From: Gemmatimonadota bacterium
GTDB lineage: Bacteria > Gemmatimonadota > Gemmatimonadetes > Gemmatimonadales > GWC2-71-9
Assembly: GCA_037440225.1 (NCBI GenBank)
Contig: JBBIUN010000005.1
Coordinates: forward strand, 103,450-167,449
DNA: 64,000 bases
Direction of reading: 5' to 3'
Shown here: positions 9,008 to 19,285 of the stretch, piece by piece
How positions within the stretch are numbered: position 1 is the stretch's first letter
Layout: every line of letters begins with the position of its first letter
The notes under the pieces: generated by a model
The model's database searches: none
Seen by the model: only the letters and a program-made list of their open reading frames with translations
Told to the model about the DNA's origin: nothing
Program-made: the position numbers and the translations under genes

Positions 9008-10282
9008 ATGAAGCTTCACCTCGCCATTGCGCTCGGGCTCGCAGGCGGTCTGGCCCTGGGCCTGCTCGCCGCCGCCACCGGCTCCCCGGCACTGCTGCGG
9101 ATCGCCGTCGGCCTCGAGCCACTAGGGACCATGTTCGTCAACCTGCTCAAGATGGTAGTGATCCCTCTGGTGACCGCTACCCTGTTCGTCGGCGTCGGCG
9201 GGATGGGCGACCTCAAGCGGCTGGGGCGCTTAGGCCTTGTGGCGTTGTTCTTCTTCGCAGCCACAACCCTGGTCGGCGTGCTCCTCGGTATGGCCTCGAT
9301 GCACCTGTTGCTGCCGCTCGCCGACCCTGCAGCAGCTCGCGGCGCCACGGCCCCGACCCAAGTTCCCCAGGCGCGCTTGCCAGGAGCGGTGCAGTTTGTG
9401 ATGAGCCTCGTCCCCAGCAATCCCTTCCAAGCGGCCGCTGAAGGGGCCCTCTTGCCGCTCATCGTGTTCACCGTGCTCTTCGCCGCGGCCACCAGCGCAC
9501 TCCCGGAAGCCCAGCGGCGGCCCTTGATGGCGCTGGGTGAGGCTACGAGTGCCGCCCTCATCCGGCTGGTCCATTGGGTGCTCTGGGTGGCGCCCCTGGG
9601 GGTCTTCGCGCTCGCCGCCCCGGTCACCGCTCGCGCCGGCTGGGCCATGCTCCAGAGCCTGCTGGTGTTCGTGGCCGCCGTCTTCCTGGGACTCGCGGTC
9701 TTCTTGCTAGGGGTGTACCTGCCGGCCGCGACAGTGCTGGGCGGGCAGCGGCCAGCTCGGTTTTTCAAAGCGTGCTTAGGCTCCCAGCTCATCGGGTTTA
9801 CCACCACCAGCTCTCCGGCCACCATCCCGGCCATGCTCGACGCCGGCGAGGCGCTTGGCGTCCCCCGCCCGATTTCATCGCTGGTCATCCCGCTGGGCGC
9901 CTCGCTGAACCGCGCGGGCAGCGCCCTGTTTCAAGGCGCGGGCTTGGTGTTCCTCGCCTGGCTGTACGGGGTGCCGCTCCCGGCTGCCGGCCTGGGCGGC
10001 GCGATCCTGGCTACGTTCCTGGTGGCGTTCACGGTAGCCGGGGTGCCGTCGGGAAGCGTGGTGTCCTTGGCCCCGGCGTTGAGCCACGTCGGCGTGCCCT
10101 TGGACGGACTCGGCGTGCTGCTGGGCATAGACCGGATTCCCGATATGCTTCGCACCGCGGTGAATGTGACCGGTACGATCACTGCAGCTCTCGTCTTGGG
10201 AGGACAAGAGGCAACCCGCGGGACCGAAGCAGTCACATCGCCCGCGCCCAACCCGCGGTCCGGGCACCGCCCCGGCCCGTAG
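9008..10282 (+). CDS. Dicarboxylate/amino acid:cation symporter (DAACS)
   Basis: FVNLLKMVVIPLV, FTTTSSPAT, LGASLNRAGS, GIDRIPDMLRTAVNVTG. Confidence 0.92.
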   Translation: MKLHLAIALGLAGGLALGLLAAATGSPALLRIAVGLEPLGTMFVNLLKMVVIPLVTATLFVGVGGMGDLKRLGRLGLVALFFFAATTLVGVLLGMASMHLLLPLADPAAARGATAPTQVPQARLPGAVQFVMSLVPSNPFQAAAEGALLPLIVFTVLFAAATSALPEAQRRPLMALGEATSAALIRLVHWVLWVAPLGVFALAAPVTARAGWAMLQSLLVFVAAVFLGLAVFLLGVYLPAATVLGGQRPARFFKACLGSQLIGFTTTSSPATIPAMLDAGEALGVPRPISSLVIPLGASLNRAGSALFQGAGLVFLAWLYGVPLPAAGLGGAILATFLVAFTVAGVPSGSVVSLAPALSHVGVPLDGLGVLLGIDRIPDMLRTAVNVTGTITAALVLGGQEATRGTEAVTSPAPNPRSGHRPGP

Positions 10283-10302
10283 CGAGCGGTCCCCTTTCGC
10301 TC

Positions 10303-10680
10303 ATGCTGTTTGGTTTGCTGGCCGACGCCGTCGTCATCGTCCATGCCGCGTTTGTCGCGTTCGTCGTGCTCGGCGGCTTCCTGGCGCTCCGGTGCCGCCG
10401 GCTCGCCTGGCTGCATCTGCCGGCCGCGCTGTGGGGGGCTTGGATCGAATTCGCCGGTTGGACCTGCCCCCTCACGCCTCTCGAAAACACCCTCCGGCAA
10501 TTAGCTGGCGAAGCAGGCTACGCCGGCGGATTCGTGGAACACTACCTGGTCCCCGTCCTCTACCCCGCAGCCTACTCCCTCCGCCTCCGAGTGGCGCTTG
10601 GGGGTCTCGCGGTGGCCCTGAACGCCGTGGCGTACGCGCTATACTTCAGGCGCCGCAGCTCGAACCGGAGCATCCTGTGA
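10303..10680 (+). CDS. DUF2784 membrane protein
   Basis: ADAVVIVHAAFVAFVVLGG, LHLPAALWG, CPLTPLEN, GFVEHYLVPVLYP. Confidence 0.85.
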   Translation: MLFGLLADAVVIVHAAFVAFVVLGGFLALRCRRLAWLHLPAALWGAWIEFAGWTCPLTPLENTLRQLAGEAGYAGGFVEHYLVPVLYPAAYSLRLRVALGGLAVALNAVAYALYFRRRSSNRSIL

Positions 10681-12515
10681 GTCTTCCTCCTCTTATTCCG
10701 CGCGAGGTCCTGTTCGGCAACCCGGAAAGGGCGGCGCCCCTGCTGTCGCCCGACGGTACCCGCCTGGCCTACCTTGCGCCTGTGGATGGCGTGCTCAACG
10801 TGTGGGTGGCTTCTCCGCAAGGCCAGGACGCGCGGCCCGTGACCCGGGACCGCGACCGGGGCATCCGCACCTACTTCTGGAGCCGGGACAGCCGGCAGGT
10901 GTTGTATCTCCAAGACAAGGGCGGAGACGAAAACTGGCGCTTATTCGCCGTGGACGTAGCCTCGGGGCTCGAGCGCGAACTGACACCCTACCCCGACGTC
11001 CAGGTGCAGATCATCGAGCACCACAAGCATCGTCCCCGCACCGTGCTCATCGCGCTGAACCGGCGGGATCCGCGATATCACGATGCGTTCCGCCTGGACC
11101 TCCGCACCGGCCAGCTCCACCTCGCAGCGGAGAATCCGGGGAACGTGGTCCAGTGGCTTCCCGATGCCGACCTGCAGGTGCGCGGCGCGGTTGCGTCCCG
11201 GGAGGACGGGGGCTTCGATCTGCTCCTCCGCGGCACCGAACTCGAGCCCTGGCGCCCCGCCGTCCACTGGAGCGCATGCGATGCGCTCGCCAGCGGCCCA
11301 GTGGGCTTCTCCCGCGACGGCCGGGCGCTCTTCCTGCGGGACTCGCGCGAGGCCGACACGGCCCGACTGGTGCGACTGGACCTCGAGAGCAGCAGGCCGG
11401 CGGTGCTCGCCGCCGACCCGGAGCACGATGTCGCCGAGGTGATCGCCCACCCCGACAGCTTCGAGCCCCAGTTGGTCTCGTTCATCCGCGCGCGGCGCGA
11501 ATGGCTGCCTCTCGACCCCGATCTCGCCCCCGACCTCGACGCCATCAGCACGCTCGGCGATGGCGATTTCTCGATAGCCGATCGGACCGACGCCGACGAC
11601 CGCTGGGTGATCGGCTTCAGCGGCGACCGCACGCCCGGCACCTACTACGTGTACCAGCGCCCGCACCGCCGGGGGAGCTACCTCTTCGATACCCGCCCTG
11701 CGCTACAAGGCTACACCCTGGCCCCGATGGAACCCGTCCGCTTCACCGCCCGGGACGGACTCACCTTGCATGGGTACCTCACGGTGCCGCCCGGCACGGC
11801 ACCCCGGCTCCTGCCACTGGTGCTGAACGTGCACGGCGGCCCCTGGCACCGCGACGTCTGGGGGTACGACCCGGAAGCGCAGTGGCTGGCCAACCGGGGC
11901 TACGCCTGCCTGCAGATCAACTTTCGCGGCTCCACCGGGTACGGCAAGGCCTTCCTCAACGCCGGCGACCGCGAGTGGGGCGGGAAAATGCAAGACGACC
12001 TCTCGGATGCAGTGTACTGGGCCGTGCAGCGCAGGATTGCCGATCCCGCGAGAGTGGCCATCTACGGAGGCTCCTACGGCGGCTACGCGGCCCTGGCCGG
12101 CGCAACGTTCACCCCGGATCTGTTCCGCTGTGCCGTTTCCGTGGTGGGACCGAGCAACCTGATTACGTTTATCAACTCGATCCCTCCGTACTGGTCGTCG
12201 TACCGGGCCATGTTACACCAACGTGTGGGCGACCCGGACGCCGAGCCCGAGTTTTTGCGGAGCCGTTCGCCGCTGTTTCACGTAGATCGCATCAGGATCC
12301 CGCTGCTCATCGCCCAGGGCGCCAACGACCCGCGGGTCAAGCGCGCGGAATCGGAGCAGATCGTGGAAGCCCTGAAGGCCAAGGGCCTCGACCACGAATA
12401 CCTGCTCTTCGAAGACGAGGGCCACGGCTTCGCCAAGCCGGAGAACCGGCTTCGGTTCTACGCCGCGGCCGAGCGATTTTTGGCCCGGCACTTGGGCGGG
12501 CGGGCGGAACCTTAA
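10677..12515 (+). CDS. S9 family (prolyl oligopeptidase/acylaminoacyl) peptidase
   Basis: GTG start overlapping the upstream TGA. VHGGPW, GGSYGG nucleophile, GANDPRV, DEGHGF. Confidence 0.95.
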   Translation: MSLPPLIPREVLFGNPERAAPLLSPDGTRLAYLAPVDGVLNVWVASPQGQDARPVTRDRDRGIRTYFWSRDSRQVLYLQDKGGDENWRLFAVDVASGLERELTPYPDVQVQIIEHHKHRPRTVLIALNRRDPRYHDAFRLDLRTGQLHLAAENPGNVVQWLPDADLQVRGAVASREDGGFDLLLRGTELEPWRPAVHWSACDALASGPVGFSRDGRALFLRDSREADTARLVRLDLESSRPAVLAADPEHDVAEVIAHPDSFEPQLVSFIRARREWLPLDPDLAPDLDAISTLGDGDFSIADRTDADDRWVIGFSGDRTPGTYYVYQRPHRRGSYLFDTRPALQGYTLAPMEPVRFTARDGLTLHGYLTVPPGTAPRLLPLVLNVHGGPWHRDVWGYDPEAQWLANRGYACLQINFRGSTGYGKAFLNAGDREWGGKMQDDLSDAVYWAVQRRIADPARVAIYGGSYGGYAALAGATFTPDLFRCAVSVVGPSNLITFINSIPPYWSSYRAMLHQRVGDPDAEPEFLRSRSPLFHVDRIRIPLLIAQGANDPRVKRAESEQIVEALKAKGLDHEYLLFEDEGHGFAKPENRLRFYAAAERFLARHLGGRAEP

Positions 12516-12574
12516 GGCCGCGATCCGTCTCCTGCACCAGCATACCTCCACCCTAACTTGACTCGGGTAAAGCA

Positions 12575-13099
12575 GTGGTGCCTCGAATCCGCTACGTCTA
12601 TCGCCGCCCCGGCAAACCCACCACGGTCTATGAGCAGTGGCTCGTGCTGGACCGCCCCGACGTCAAGGTCACCCTTCAGGATCACTATCACGGGCGGCCG
12701 CTCCGCGTGGGCCAAGAGATCGTTCTCGAGACCGGGGCGCCCATCGTCTGGTTCCTCTTTCCAGGAAAATGGCACGACATCGGCCGGTTCCACCTGACCG
12801 ACGGCACTTTCACTGGATGGTACACCAACCTCGCTACCCCCCTCGAGATGACCCCGCGCGAGTGGTCGGCTGGCGACCTCTTCTTGGACCTCTGGACCCC
12901 CGCGAGCGGGCCTAGCGTCTGGTTGGATGAAGACGAATTCGAGGCGGCCTGCCGGACCAAGCGCCTCGATCCCGCCACCCGGCGCCGGGTGTTGAACGAA
13001 CGCGCGCTCATTGAACTCCAGGTAGCCGCCGGCGACTGGCCACCCGCCATCACCCGAGACATTGACCTCGCCCAAGCCCAAAGGCTGCGCCACGGGTAG
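12575..13099 (+). CDS. DUF402 (FomD-like) protein
   Basis: GWYTNLATP, DLFLDLW, LDEDEF. Confidence 0.82.
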   Translation: MVPRIRYVYRRPGKPTTVYEQWLVLDRPDVKVTLQDHYHGRPLRVGQEIVLETGAPIVWFLFPGKWHDIGRFHLTDGTFTGWYTNLATPLEMTPREWSAGDLFLDLWTPASGPSVWLDEDEFEAACRTKRLDPATRRRVLNERALIELQVAAGDWPPAITRDIDLAQAQRLRHG

Positions 13100-13176
13100 G
13101 CAATATTTCGCCACCACCCGCAACAATTTGACGACAACGATCTCGGACCCTCGAGCTACCGTGATGCCGATCGCCT

Positions 13177-16100
13177 ATGGATCGGCGGCTGCTCCTCCAA
13201 GCGCTGGCGCGGGTCCAAACCGGCCGCGACGCCAGTCCACTGCTCCTTCTGCTGGGCTACCAAGTCGGGGGGCCGGTTCCCGAAGGCACCCTCGTGATCG
13301 CACGGTGGCACGGCTTCGACGTGGTGGGCAGCTACTCGCGCAACCCGCAAGAAACCGCCCGCGACCTGGCCGCCCGGCTGGCTCGGGCTTCCCGGCGCGG
13401 TATGGCCGTCGCCTGGGGACCCCAAGAACTGGCGGCTGCCGCCCCCCGACTCTCGGGCCCCGGAGTCACCCCGGCGCTGCTCGTGCGGCTGGCCAACCCC
13501 GAACCCCTTGCCTTGCAGCTCCTGGAGGAACTGGCCCCGCGACCCGGCACCACTGCCCTGGGCCACGCCCTCCACGTCGCCGAGGTCCTGAGTAGCGAGC
13601 GGGCCGGGGAACGGTTCTTCCAGCGCTTCCGCGCCATCCTAGAGCGTTTCACCGAAGCCCTGCCCCGAGGAGAAGGGCCCGCCACACGGCGCACCGTGGC
13701 GCTGATCGCGCTGACCCGCGTCTTGTTCCTCTATTTCGTCCAGGCCAAAGGATGGTTGGACGGCCGAACGGACTACCTGCGCTGCCTGCTCGACGACACG
13801 CTGGCCCGTCGCCGCCACTTCCACCGGGACGTGCTTCAGCCCCTGTTCTTCGGCACCCTCAACCGGCCGCCGAGTCAGCGCTCGCCCCGCCTGAGGCTGG
13901 GACACATCCCCTATCTCAATGGCGGCCTGTTCGAGCCGCACCCACTCGAGCGCCGCGCCCCGGCGCCCTGGCTCCCCAACGCGCTCTGGCGCGAAGCCTT
14001 CGACCAGGTCTTCGAGCGCTTCCGGTTCTGCGTCCGCGAAGCCGACGAGGTCAGCGCCGTCTCTCCCGACATGCTGGGCCGCGTCTTCGAGCGGGTCATG
14101 GACGACCACGAACGGCGCGCCACCGGCACCTTTTACACACCCGACGCCGTCGTCCGGCAGATAGTGGATGCCGCCATCGAGACCGCCCTGACCGGCACGT
14201 TCGGCCTCTCAGCTGCGGCCACCCGCCGCATCCTTGCCGGCACCGTGACCCGGCCCGCCGAGGTCCGCGCCGCAGCAGAGGCGCTCTCTAAGCTCCGATT
14301 GCTCGACCCCGCAGCTGGTTCCGGCGCGTTCTTGCTCGGTGCCCTGGAGCGCCTGACCGAACTGCGATCAGCCCTGGTCCCCCTGCGAAACCCGGCCCAG
14401 CGCTGCCAGCTCCGCCGCTCGATCCTCCGGGACAACCTGTTCGGCGTGGACCTCAACCCCATCGCCGTTCGCCTGGCCGAACTGCGGCTCTGGCTCGCGC
14501 TGGTGGCCGACGATCCCACGCGCGACATCGCCGCCGTGAGCCCGCTGCCCAACCTGGATGGCGTCCTCCGCCAAGGCGATGTCCTGATGGATCCGCTGTC
14601 CGCCGCGCGGGCACTGGGGGCCCCGCTATCGGCACCTCCGACCCTCGAGGCCCGATCCATCGCCGCGCTGCGCCAAGACTTCTTCCAGGCTGGCCCTAAG
14701 CACCGCCCGGACCTCGCCCGCCGCCTGCGCGCGGCCGAAGTCTCCCTGGCCGCCCACCTCCTGGATCAAGCCCAGGCCACCACCGACGCCGCGCTCCGCG
14801 ACCTGGCCGCCGCTGCCCGAGGCAGGGATCTCTTCGGCCACCGGGCCGGCTTGAACTCGCTTCAGCGCCGCCGCTACCAGGCCTTGCACGCCCACCGCCT
14901 AACCCTCCGGGCGGCCCAACGAGCGCTGGCCCACGGGATCGTCCCCTTCTTCGCCTTCGAGGTGCACGCTCCCGACATCGCCCTCGGTCGCGGCTTCGAC
15001 ATCGTGCTGGGCAACCCACCCTGGGTCCGCGCTGAACGACTCCCGCCGAACCTCCGGCGGGCTCTGAGCCAGCGGTACAGCTGGTGGCAGCCGACGGCTT
15101 CGCGGGGCTTTCGTCACCTGCCCGATCTCGCCGTGGCATTCCTGGAGCGAAGCATCGAACTGGCCCGACCAGGCGGCACCGTGGCCCTGCTCCTGCCATC
15201 GAAGATGGCCACCGCAGGCTATGCGGAGCTGGCCCGCGGGAACCTGGTCCGCGAGACCACGATCACCTACGTGCATCGAGTCCCAGACCAGCAGGCAGCC
15301 CGCTTCGGCGCCACCACGTATCCTCTGGCGCTGGTATGCCGAAAGCAGCCTCCCCCACCACAGCATACCGTACGGCTCGGCTTCGATAGCCCAGCTGGCG
15401 TACCGCAGCACACCCTCGAGGCCCCCGGCCCGTGGGTTTTGGCCCCCGATCGCCTTCGAGACGCCATCCGGCAGTTCCTCGCGGCCGGCACCGCGCTGGA
15501 GCGGCTCGCCCCGCCCCTCCTGGGGATCAAAACCGGTGCCGACCGCTGCTTCCTGGGACACCTCCGCCAGGCCGGCAAGACCACCGGCCTGCTCGTGCTG
15601 GACGGCGGGATTCACGAAATCGAACTCGCCTTGCTGAGGCCGGCCATTCGGGGACGCGACGTGCGGCCCTTTGGCGCGCACGCTCCCTCGGTCATCGTGT
15701 GGCCTTACGCCGATGGCACCACCCTGACCAGCCTGCCCCCGCGCGCCGCCGAGTATTTCGCCACCCGCAGAGCCCGCCTCGAGCGCCGGGCCGACTACCG
15801 CGGCGGTCCCCCCTGGGCCTTGTTCCGCCTCGGCGCTGCGCTGCCCGGCTGGCGGGTGGTCTGGCCGGACATCGCCCAGCGCCCCGTGGCGGCGGTGCTG
15901 GAGACCAGCGGGCTGCCCGATGCCGTGCCCCTCAACACCTGCTACGTCTCGCGAGCGCCCGACCGGAACACCGCCTTGGCCATCGCTGCCGTATTCAATT
16001 CCACGTGGGCCCGCGCCGTCGTCTGGGCCCTGGCTGACGAGGCCAGAGGCGGCTACCGGCGCCTCAACGCCCGCATCGCCGCTCAGCTTCCCGTCCCCAA

Positions 16101-16257
16101 CCAGGCCGCGTGCGCCGCCCTGGCCGGGCTCAGCGCCGCGGCACACCACCATCGCCATGCCGATCAAGACGCTTTGGACGAAGCGGTCGCAGATGCCCTC
16201 GCGCTCAGCCCGACCCACCGGGACTGGCTGCGTCAGTGGGCCACGCATCAGCGCTGA
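13177..16257 (+). CDS. Large N6-adenine DNA methyltransferase (Eco57I/type IIG-like, TaqI-like C-terminal recognition region)
   Basis: YLNGGLF, LGRVFE, GTFYTP, LLDPAAGSGAF (SAM binding), FGVDLN, FDIVLGNPPW (catalytic), C-terminal VVWPDIA...LNTCY...AVFNS. Confidence 0.9.
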   Translation: MDRRLLLQALARVQTGRDASPLLLLLGYQVGGPVPEGTLVIARWHGFDVVGSYSRNPQETARDLAARLARASRRGMAVAWGPQELAAAAPRLSGPGVTPALLVRLANPEPLALQLLEELAPRPGTTALGHALHVAEVLSSERAGERFFQRFRAILERFTEALPRGEGPATRRTVALIALTRVLFLYFVQAKGWLDGRTDYLRCLLDDTLARRRHFHRDVLQPLFFGTLNRPPSQRSPRLRLGHIPYLNGGLFEPHPLERRAPAPWLPNALWREAFDQVFERFRFCVREADEVSAVSPDMLGRVFERVMDDHERRATGTFYTPDAVVRQIVDAAIETALTGTFGLSAAATRRILAGTVTRPAEVRAAAEALSKLRLLDPAAGSGAFLLGALERLTELRSALVPLRNPAQRCQLRRSILRDNLFGVDLNPIAVRLAELRLWLALVADDPTRDIAAVSPLPNLDGVLRQGDVLMDPLSAARALGAPLSAPPTLEARSIAALRQDFFQAGPKHRPDLARRLRAAEVSLAAHLLDQAQATTDAALRDLAAAARGRDLFGHRAGLNSLQRRRYQALHAHRLTLRAAQRALAHGIVPFFAFEVHAPDIALGRGFDIVLGNPPWVRAERLPPNLRRALSQRYSWWQPTASRGFRHLPDLAVAFLERSIELARPGGTVALLLPSKMATAGYAELARGNLVRETTITYVHRVPDQQAARFGATTYPLALVCRKQPPPPQHTVRLGFDSPAGVPQHTLEAPGPWVLAPDRLRDAIRQFLAAGTALERLAPPLLGIKTGADRCFLGHLRQAGKTTGLLVLDGGIHEIELALLRPAIRGRDVRPFGAHAPSVIVWPYADGTTLTSLPPRAAEYFATRRARLERRADYRGGPPWALFRLGAALPGWRVVWPDIAQRPVAAVLETSGLPDAVPLNTCYVSRAPDRNTALAIAAVFNSTWARAVVWALADEARGGYRRLNARIAAQLPVPNQAACAALAGLSAAAHHHRHADQDALDEAVADALALSPTHRDWLRQWATHQR

Positions 16258-16267
16258 CGCTCTCAAG

Positions 16268-18511
16268 GTGGTCCGCGAGCCCCTGCACGCCCTGCTCGAC
16301 TGGGGGCCTGCCGTATGGCCCGCCGAAGTCTTACCGGCGTTGGGCCGCGCCGTGCGAGGGCCATACCAGGCCCATTGGACGCCGCCCCCGTGGCTCCTCC
16401 CCCACCAGGTCACCGCAGCCCGCTGCCTCGCCGCCCGCCTGGACCTGTTTCGCGGCGCGCTGCTGGCCGACGCGGTGGGATTGGGAAAAACCTACGTCGC
16501 CTCGGCGTTGGCCACGCGCTACCCGGCCGCTGCCCTGGTGGCGCCGGCCGCCTTGCTCCCCCAATGGCGCCGGGTCACGGACTCGCTCGGCGTCCACCTG
16601 AACGCGGTCTCCCACGAGGCGCTGAGCCGTGGCCTCGGCGTTCCCCCCGGCGACCTCCTGGTGGTGGACGAAGCCCACCGCTTCCGCAACCCCGACACCC
16701 AACGCTACGCAGCGCTGGCCCGCGCCGCGCCCCGCCGCCACCTCCTGTTGCTCACCGCAACCCCCGTGGTCAATCGGGCCCAAGACCTGGTCAACCTGCT
16801 CCGCCTCTGGTTGCCGGACCACGCCCTCTCGGCCCTGGGCGTTCCCTCTCTGGCCGCAGCCCCTGCCACGCGCACCCTCCCCCGGCTGGCACATGCCGCG
16901 TGGGCCGTGATGGTGGCACGCTCGCCGGACCTGGTACGGATCAGCATGCCAGCCTTGCCTGCAGTCCACGACGCCGCCGTGCTCGACCCTCCGCCCGTCT
17001 CCCGTCAGTACCTCGATCACGTGGCACAGGGCATTGCCGATCTCGCCTTCCCCAGTTTTGCCGACCGCCAGGCCGCCGAGCTGCTACGCCTGCACCTCTG
17101 GCACCGGCTCGCCTCCTCCGCGGCAGCGTGCGCGGAGACCCTGCGGCGCCACCTCGCCTATCTCGACCGGGCCATCGCGGCGGCGCAGCGCGGCGAAGCG
17201 CTCTCCCGGGCAGCCGCCCGAACCCTGTTCGGCACCGAGGACGACCTCCAGCTAGAGCTGGACGGCTGGGGGGCCGCCCCTCCCGGCCTGGATGTCGCCG
17301 CACTCGCGGCAGAGCGCGATCGCGTCAACCGCCTGCGAGCGCTCCTCGCTTCCGCCTCGCAGGAAGACCCCAAAGCGCAGGCGCTGGCTGCGGTCCTGGC
17401 TGCTCGCCCCGGCAGCAAGACCCTGGTCTTCACCTCGGCAGTTGCCACCGCCGGGAGCTTGGCGCGGCGACTTGGCTGGGACCGCATCGGCGTGGCCACG
17501 GCCAAGGGAGCGCGCATAGCCTCAGGCCCGGTTCCCTTGGAGCAGGTGCTGGCCTGGTTCGCTCCCCGAGCCCGGCGCCACAGCCCACCCCCTCCCACGC
17601 TCCGCCTCGACACGCTCATCGCCACCGATCTGTTGAGCGAGGGACTCGACCTCCAGGACGCCGACGGCATCGTACATTACGATCTTCCCTGGACCCCCCT
17701 GCGACTGGCCCAGCGCCTGGGCCGGGTCGCCCGACTGGATTGTCCCCACGGGCGCATCGGAGTGTGGTGGCTGCGCCCGTGCGAACCGATCGAACGCCAC
17801 CTCGACCTGGCCCGCCGCCTCCGCGTCAAGCTCCAGGATCAGCTCCGCCTGGGTGTACCCGCCAGCGGCACCGTGGGTCGCGCCCTCCTCGTGGGAGGAA
17901 TGTTCGACTGGCGCGAACGCCTGGCCACGGCTCATGCCGCTCCCCCCGCACCCCGACCAGGAAGGCCGCTCCTCGCCGTGGTCCGGGGTCCTCGGGCCGC
18001 GGCCCTCGCCCTCAGGTGGACCCTGGGCAGCCAAGATCTGCCCGAACTTCTGGTGCTGGCGGGCGATCCTCCCACGGCGATCGAGGACGAGGTGGCTGCC
18101 GGTCGCCTGGTGGAGCTTCTCGTGCACGCCCCCGCCGCTCCCGCAGAGGCGGGCGCCACGACCGCTGCCATCCGGGCCGCACTGGCCACCCTTCTGCGCG
18201 GGCGCCTGAAAGCCTCGCTGAACGGCCCCTGCGACGAAGAAACCCGGCGCCTGTCGCGCCGGGTGCTCCGGCTGGCTGCCCGTGCCGCCCACGGCCGCGA
18301 CCAACAGTTGGTCCGGGCGCTCGACCAAGTCCTGGACCGGCTCACCGGCGGCTTGCCGTTGGGCCCTCTCCGGGATCTCGACCGCCTGCTCGTGGGATCG
18401 CCGCGGCCGCGGGCTTTCCGGCGTTGGCTCGATGAGACCACGCCGCCGCGGCTGCCTTATCCCGAAGTCACGCTGGAGGCAGCACTCCTAGGCGATGGCA
18501 GTCTCACCTAG
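16268..18511 (+). CDS. SNF2-family (SF2) helicase/ATPase (start approximate)
   Basis: LLPHQ, LLADAVGLGKT, VDEAHRFRN, LLTATP, LVFT, ATDLLSEGLDLQ, YDLPWTP, QRLGRVAR. Confidence 0.9.
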   Translation: MVREPLHALLDWGPAVWPAEVLPALGRAVRGPYQAHWTPPPWLLPHQVTAARCLAARLDLFRGALLADAVGLGKTYVASALATRYPAAALVAPAALLPQWRRVTDSLGVHLNAVSHEALSRGLGVPPGDLLVVDEAHRFRNPDTQRYAALARAAPRRHLLLLTATPVVNRAQDLVNLLRLWLPDHALSALGVPSLAAAPATRTLPRLAHAAWAVMVARSPDLVRISMPALPAVHDAAVLDPPPVSRQYLDHVAQGIADLAFPSFADRQAAELLRLHLWHRLASSAAACAETLRRHLAYLDRAIAAAQRGEALSRAAARTLFGTEDDLQLELDGWGAAPPGLDVAALAAERDRVNRLRALLASASQEDPKAQALAAVLAARPGSKTLVFTSAVATAGSLARRLGWDRIGVATAKGARIASGPVPLEQVLAWFAPRARRHSPPPPTLRLDTLIATDLLSEGLDLQDADGIVHYDLPWTPLRLAQRLGRVARLDCPHGRIGVWWLRPCEPIERHLDLARRLRVKLQDQLRLGVPASGTVGRALLVGGMFDWRERLATAHAAPPAPRPGRPLLAVVRGPRAAALALRWTLGSQDLPELLVLAGDPPTAIEDEVAAGRLVELLVHAPAAPAEAGATTAAIRAALATLLRGRLKASLNGPCDEETRRLSRRVLRLAARAAHGRDQQLVRALDQVLDRLTGGLPLGPLRDLDRLLVGSPRPRAFRRWLDETTPPRLPYPEVTLEAALLGDGSLT

Positions 18512-18568
18512 CCAACCCGAGGAGCAGTATATTCGAAGCCTATCGCGCCCCGCTTCGAGGACCGCGCT

Positions 18569-19249
18569 ATGAACGTCCAGGACCGCTTCCTTCGCTTCGT
18601 CGGCTTTCCCCCGATGGCGCACCGCCCCCCGCTCAAGAGCCGCTTCTGGCTCTACTGCGCGGCCGCCTACCTCATGCCGGTTGTGGCCCAAGTGGCTCTG
18701 CCGCGAGATCCAGGCATGTACGACGAGCTGGTGTGGCTCATCACCCTGGCGCCCGCCTTCCTGCTCTCCCTCCACTACGGCCTGAAGGGCGCCGTGGCGG
18801 GACTGTTCATGGGGACGATCTTGTTTCTGGTGGTGCAAGCGGTCGTGGCGCTCAACTACACGCCCGACGACTGGCGCATCACGGTCCCGATTTATGTAGC
18901 CTATGGCACCCTGGCCATCTCGGTGGGCTGGCTATCGGAACAACTGCACGAATACTACGAGCGGGCCCTGGCCAGTGAACGGCTGGCCGGTATCGGCCAG
19001 CTCGCCGTGACTGTCCGCCACGAGCTCAACAACGCCCTCACCGCCATCGTGGCGGAAAGCCAAATCCTGGCCGAAGCGCCAAGCGGGCTCTCCGAGGAAC
19101 ACCGCGCCTCGGCTCGCGCCATCAAGGACTCCGCCCTGCGGATCGCCGAAGACCTGCGCAAGCTTACCAACTTGGCCGATGCCCCGGTGACCGAGTACAC
19201 CAGGGGCGTCAGCATGTTGGACCTTAGGGCCGCGCGGACCCGGAGCTAA
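18569..19249 (+). CDS. Membrane protein with HisKA phospho-acceptor domain but no ATPase domain
   Basis: About 4 TM helices, then the H-box TVRHELNNALTAI. The protein ends about 70 aa later with no N/G1/G2 boxes. Confidence 0.75.
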   Translation: MNVQDRFLRFVGFPPMAHRPPLKSRFWLYCAAAYLMPVVAQVALPRDPGMYDELVWLITLAPAFLLSLHYGLKGAVAGLFMGTILFLVVQAVVALNYTPDDWRITVPIYVAYGTLAISVGWLSEQLHEYYERALASERLAGIGQLAVTVRHELNNALTAIVAESQILAEAPSGLSEEHRASARAIKDSALRIAEDLRKLTNLADAPVTEYTRGVSMLDLRAARTRS

Positions 19250-19285
19250 GTCTGCCTCGCGGAACGCCGCCGAAAAGGGGAGCCC

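Noticed and set aside
18528-18558. TATATTCG upstream of the HisKA gene as a third copy of the 21-bp element
   Set aside because: It lacks the first TTCGGG half-site; probably just a -10 box followed by a small inverted repeat
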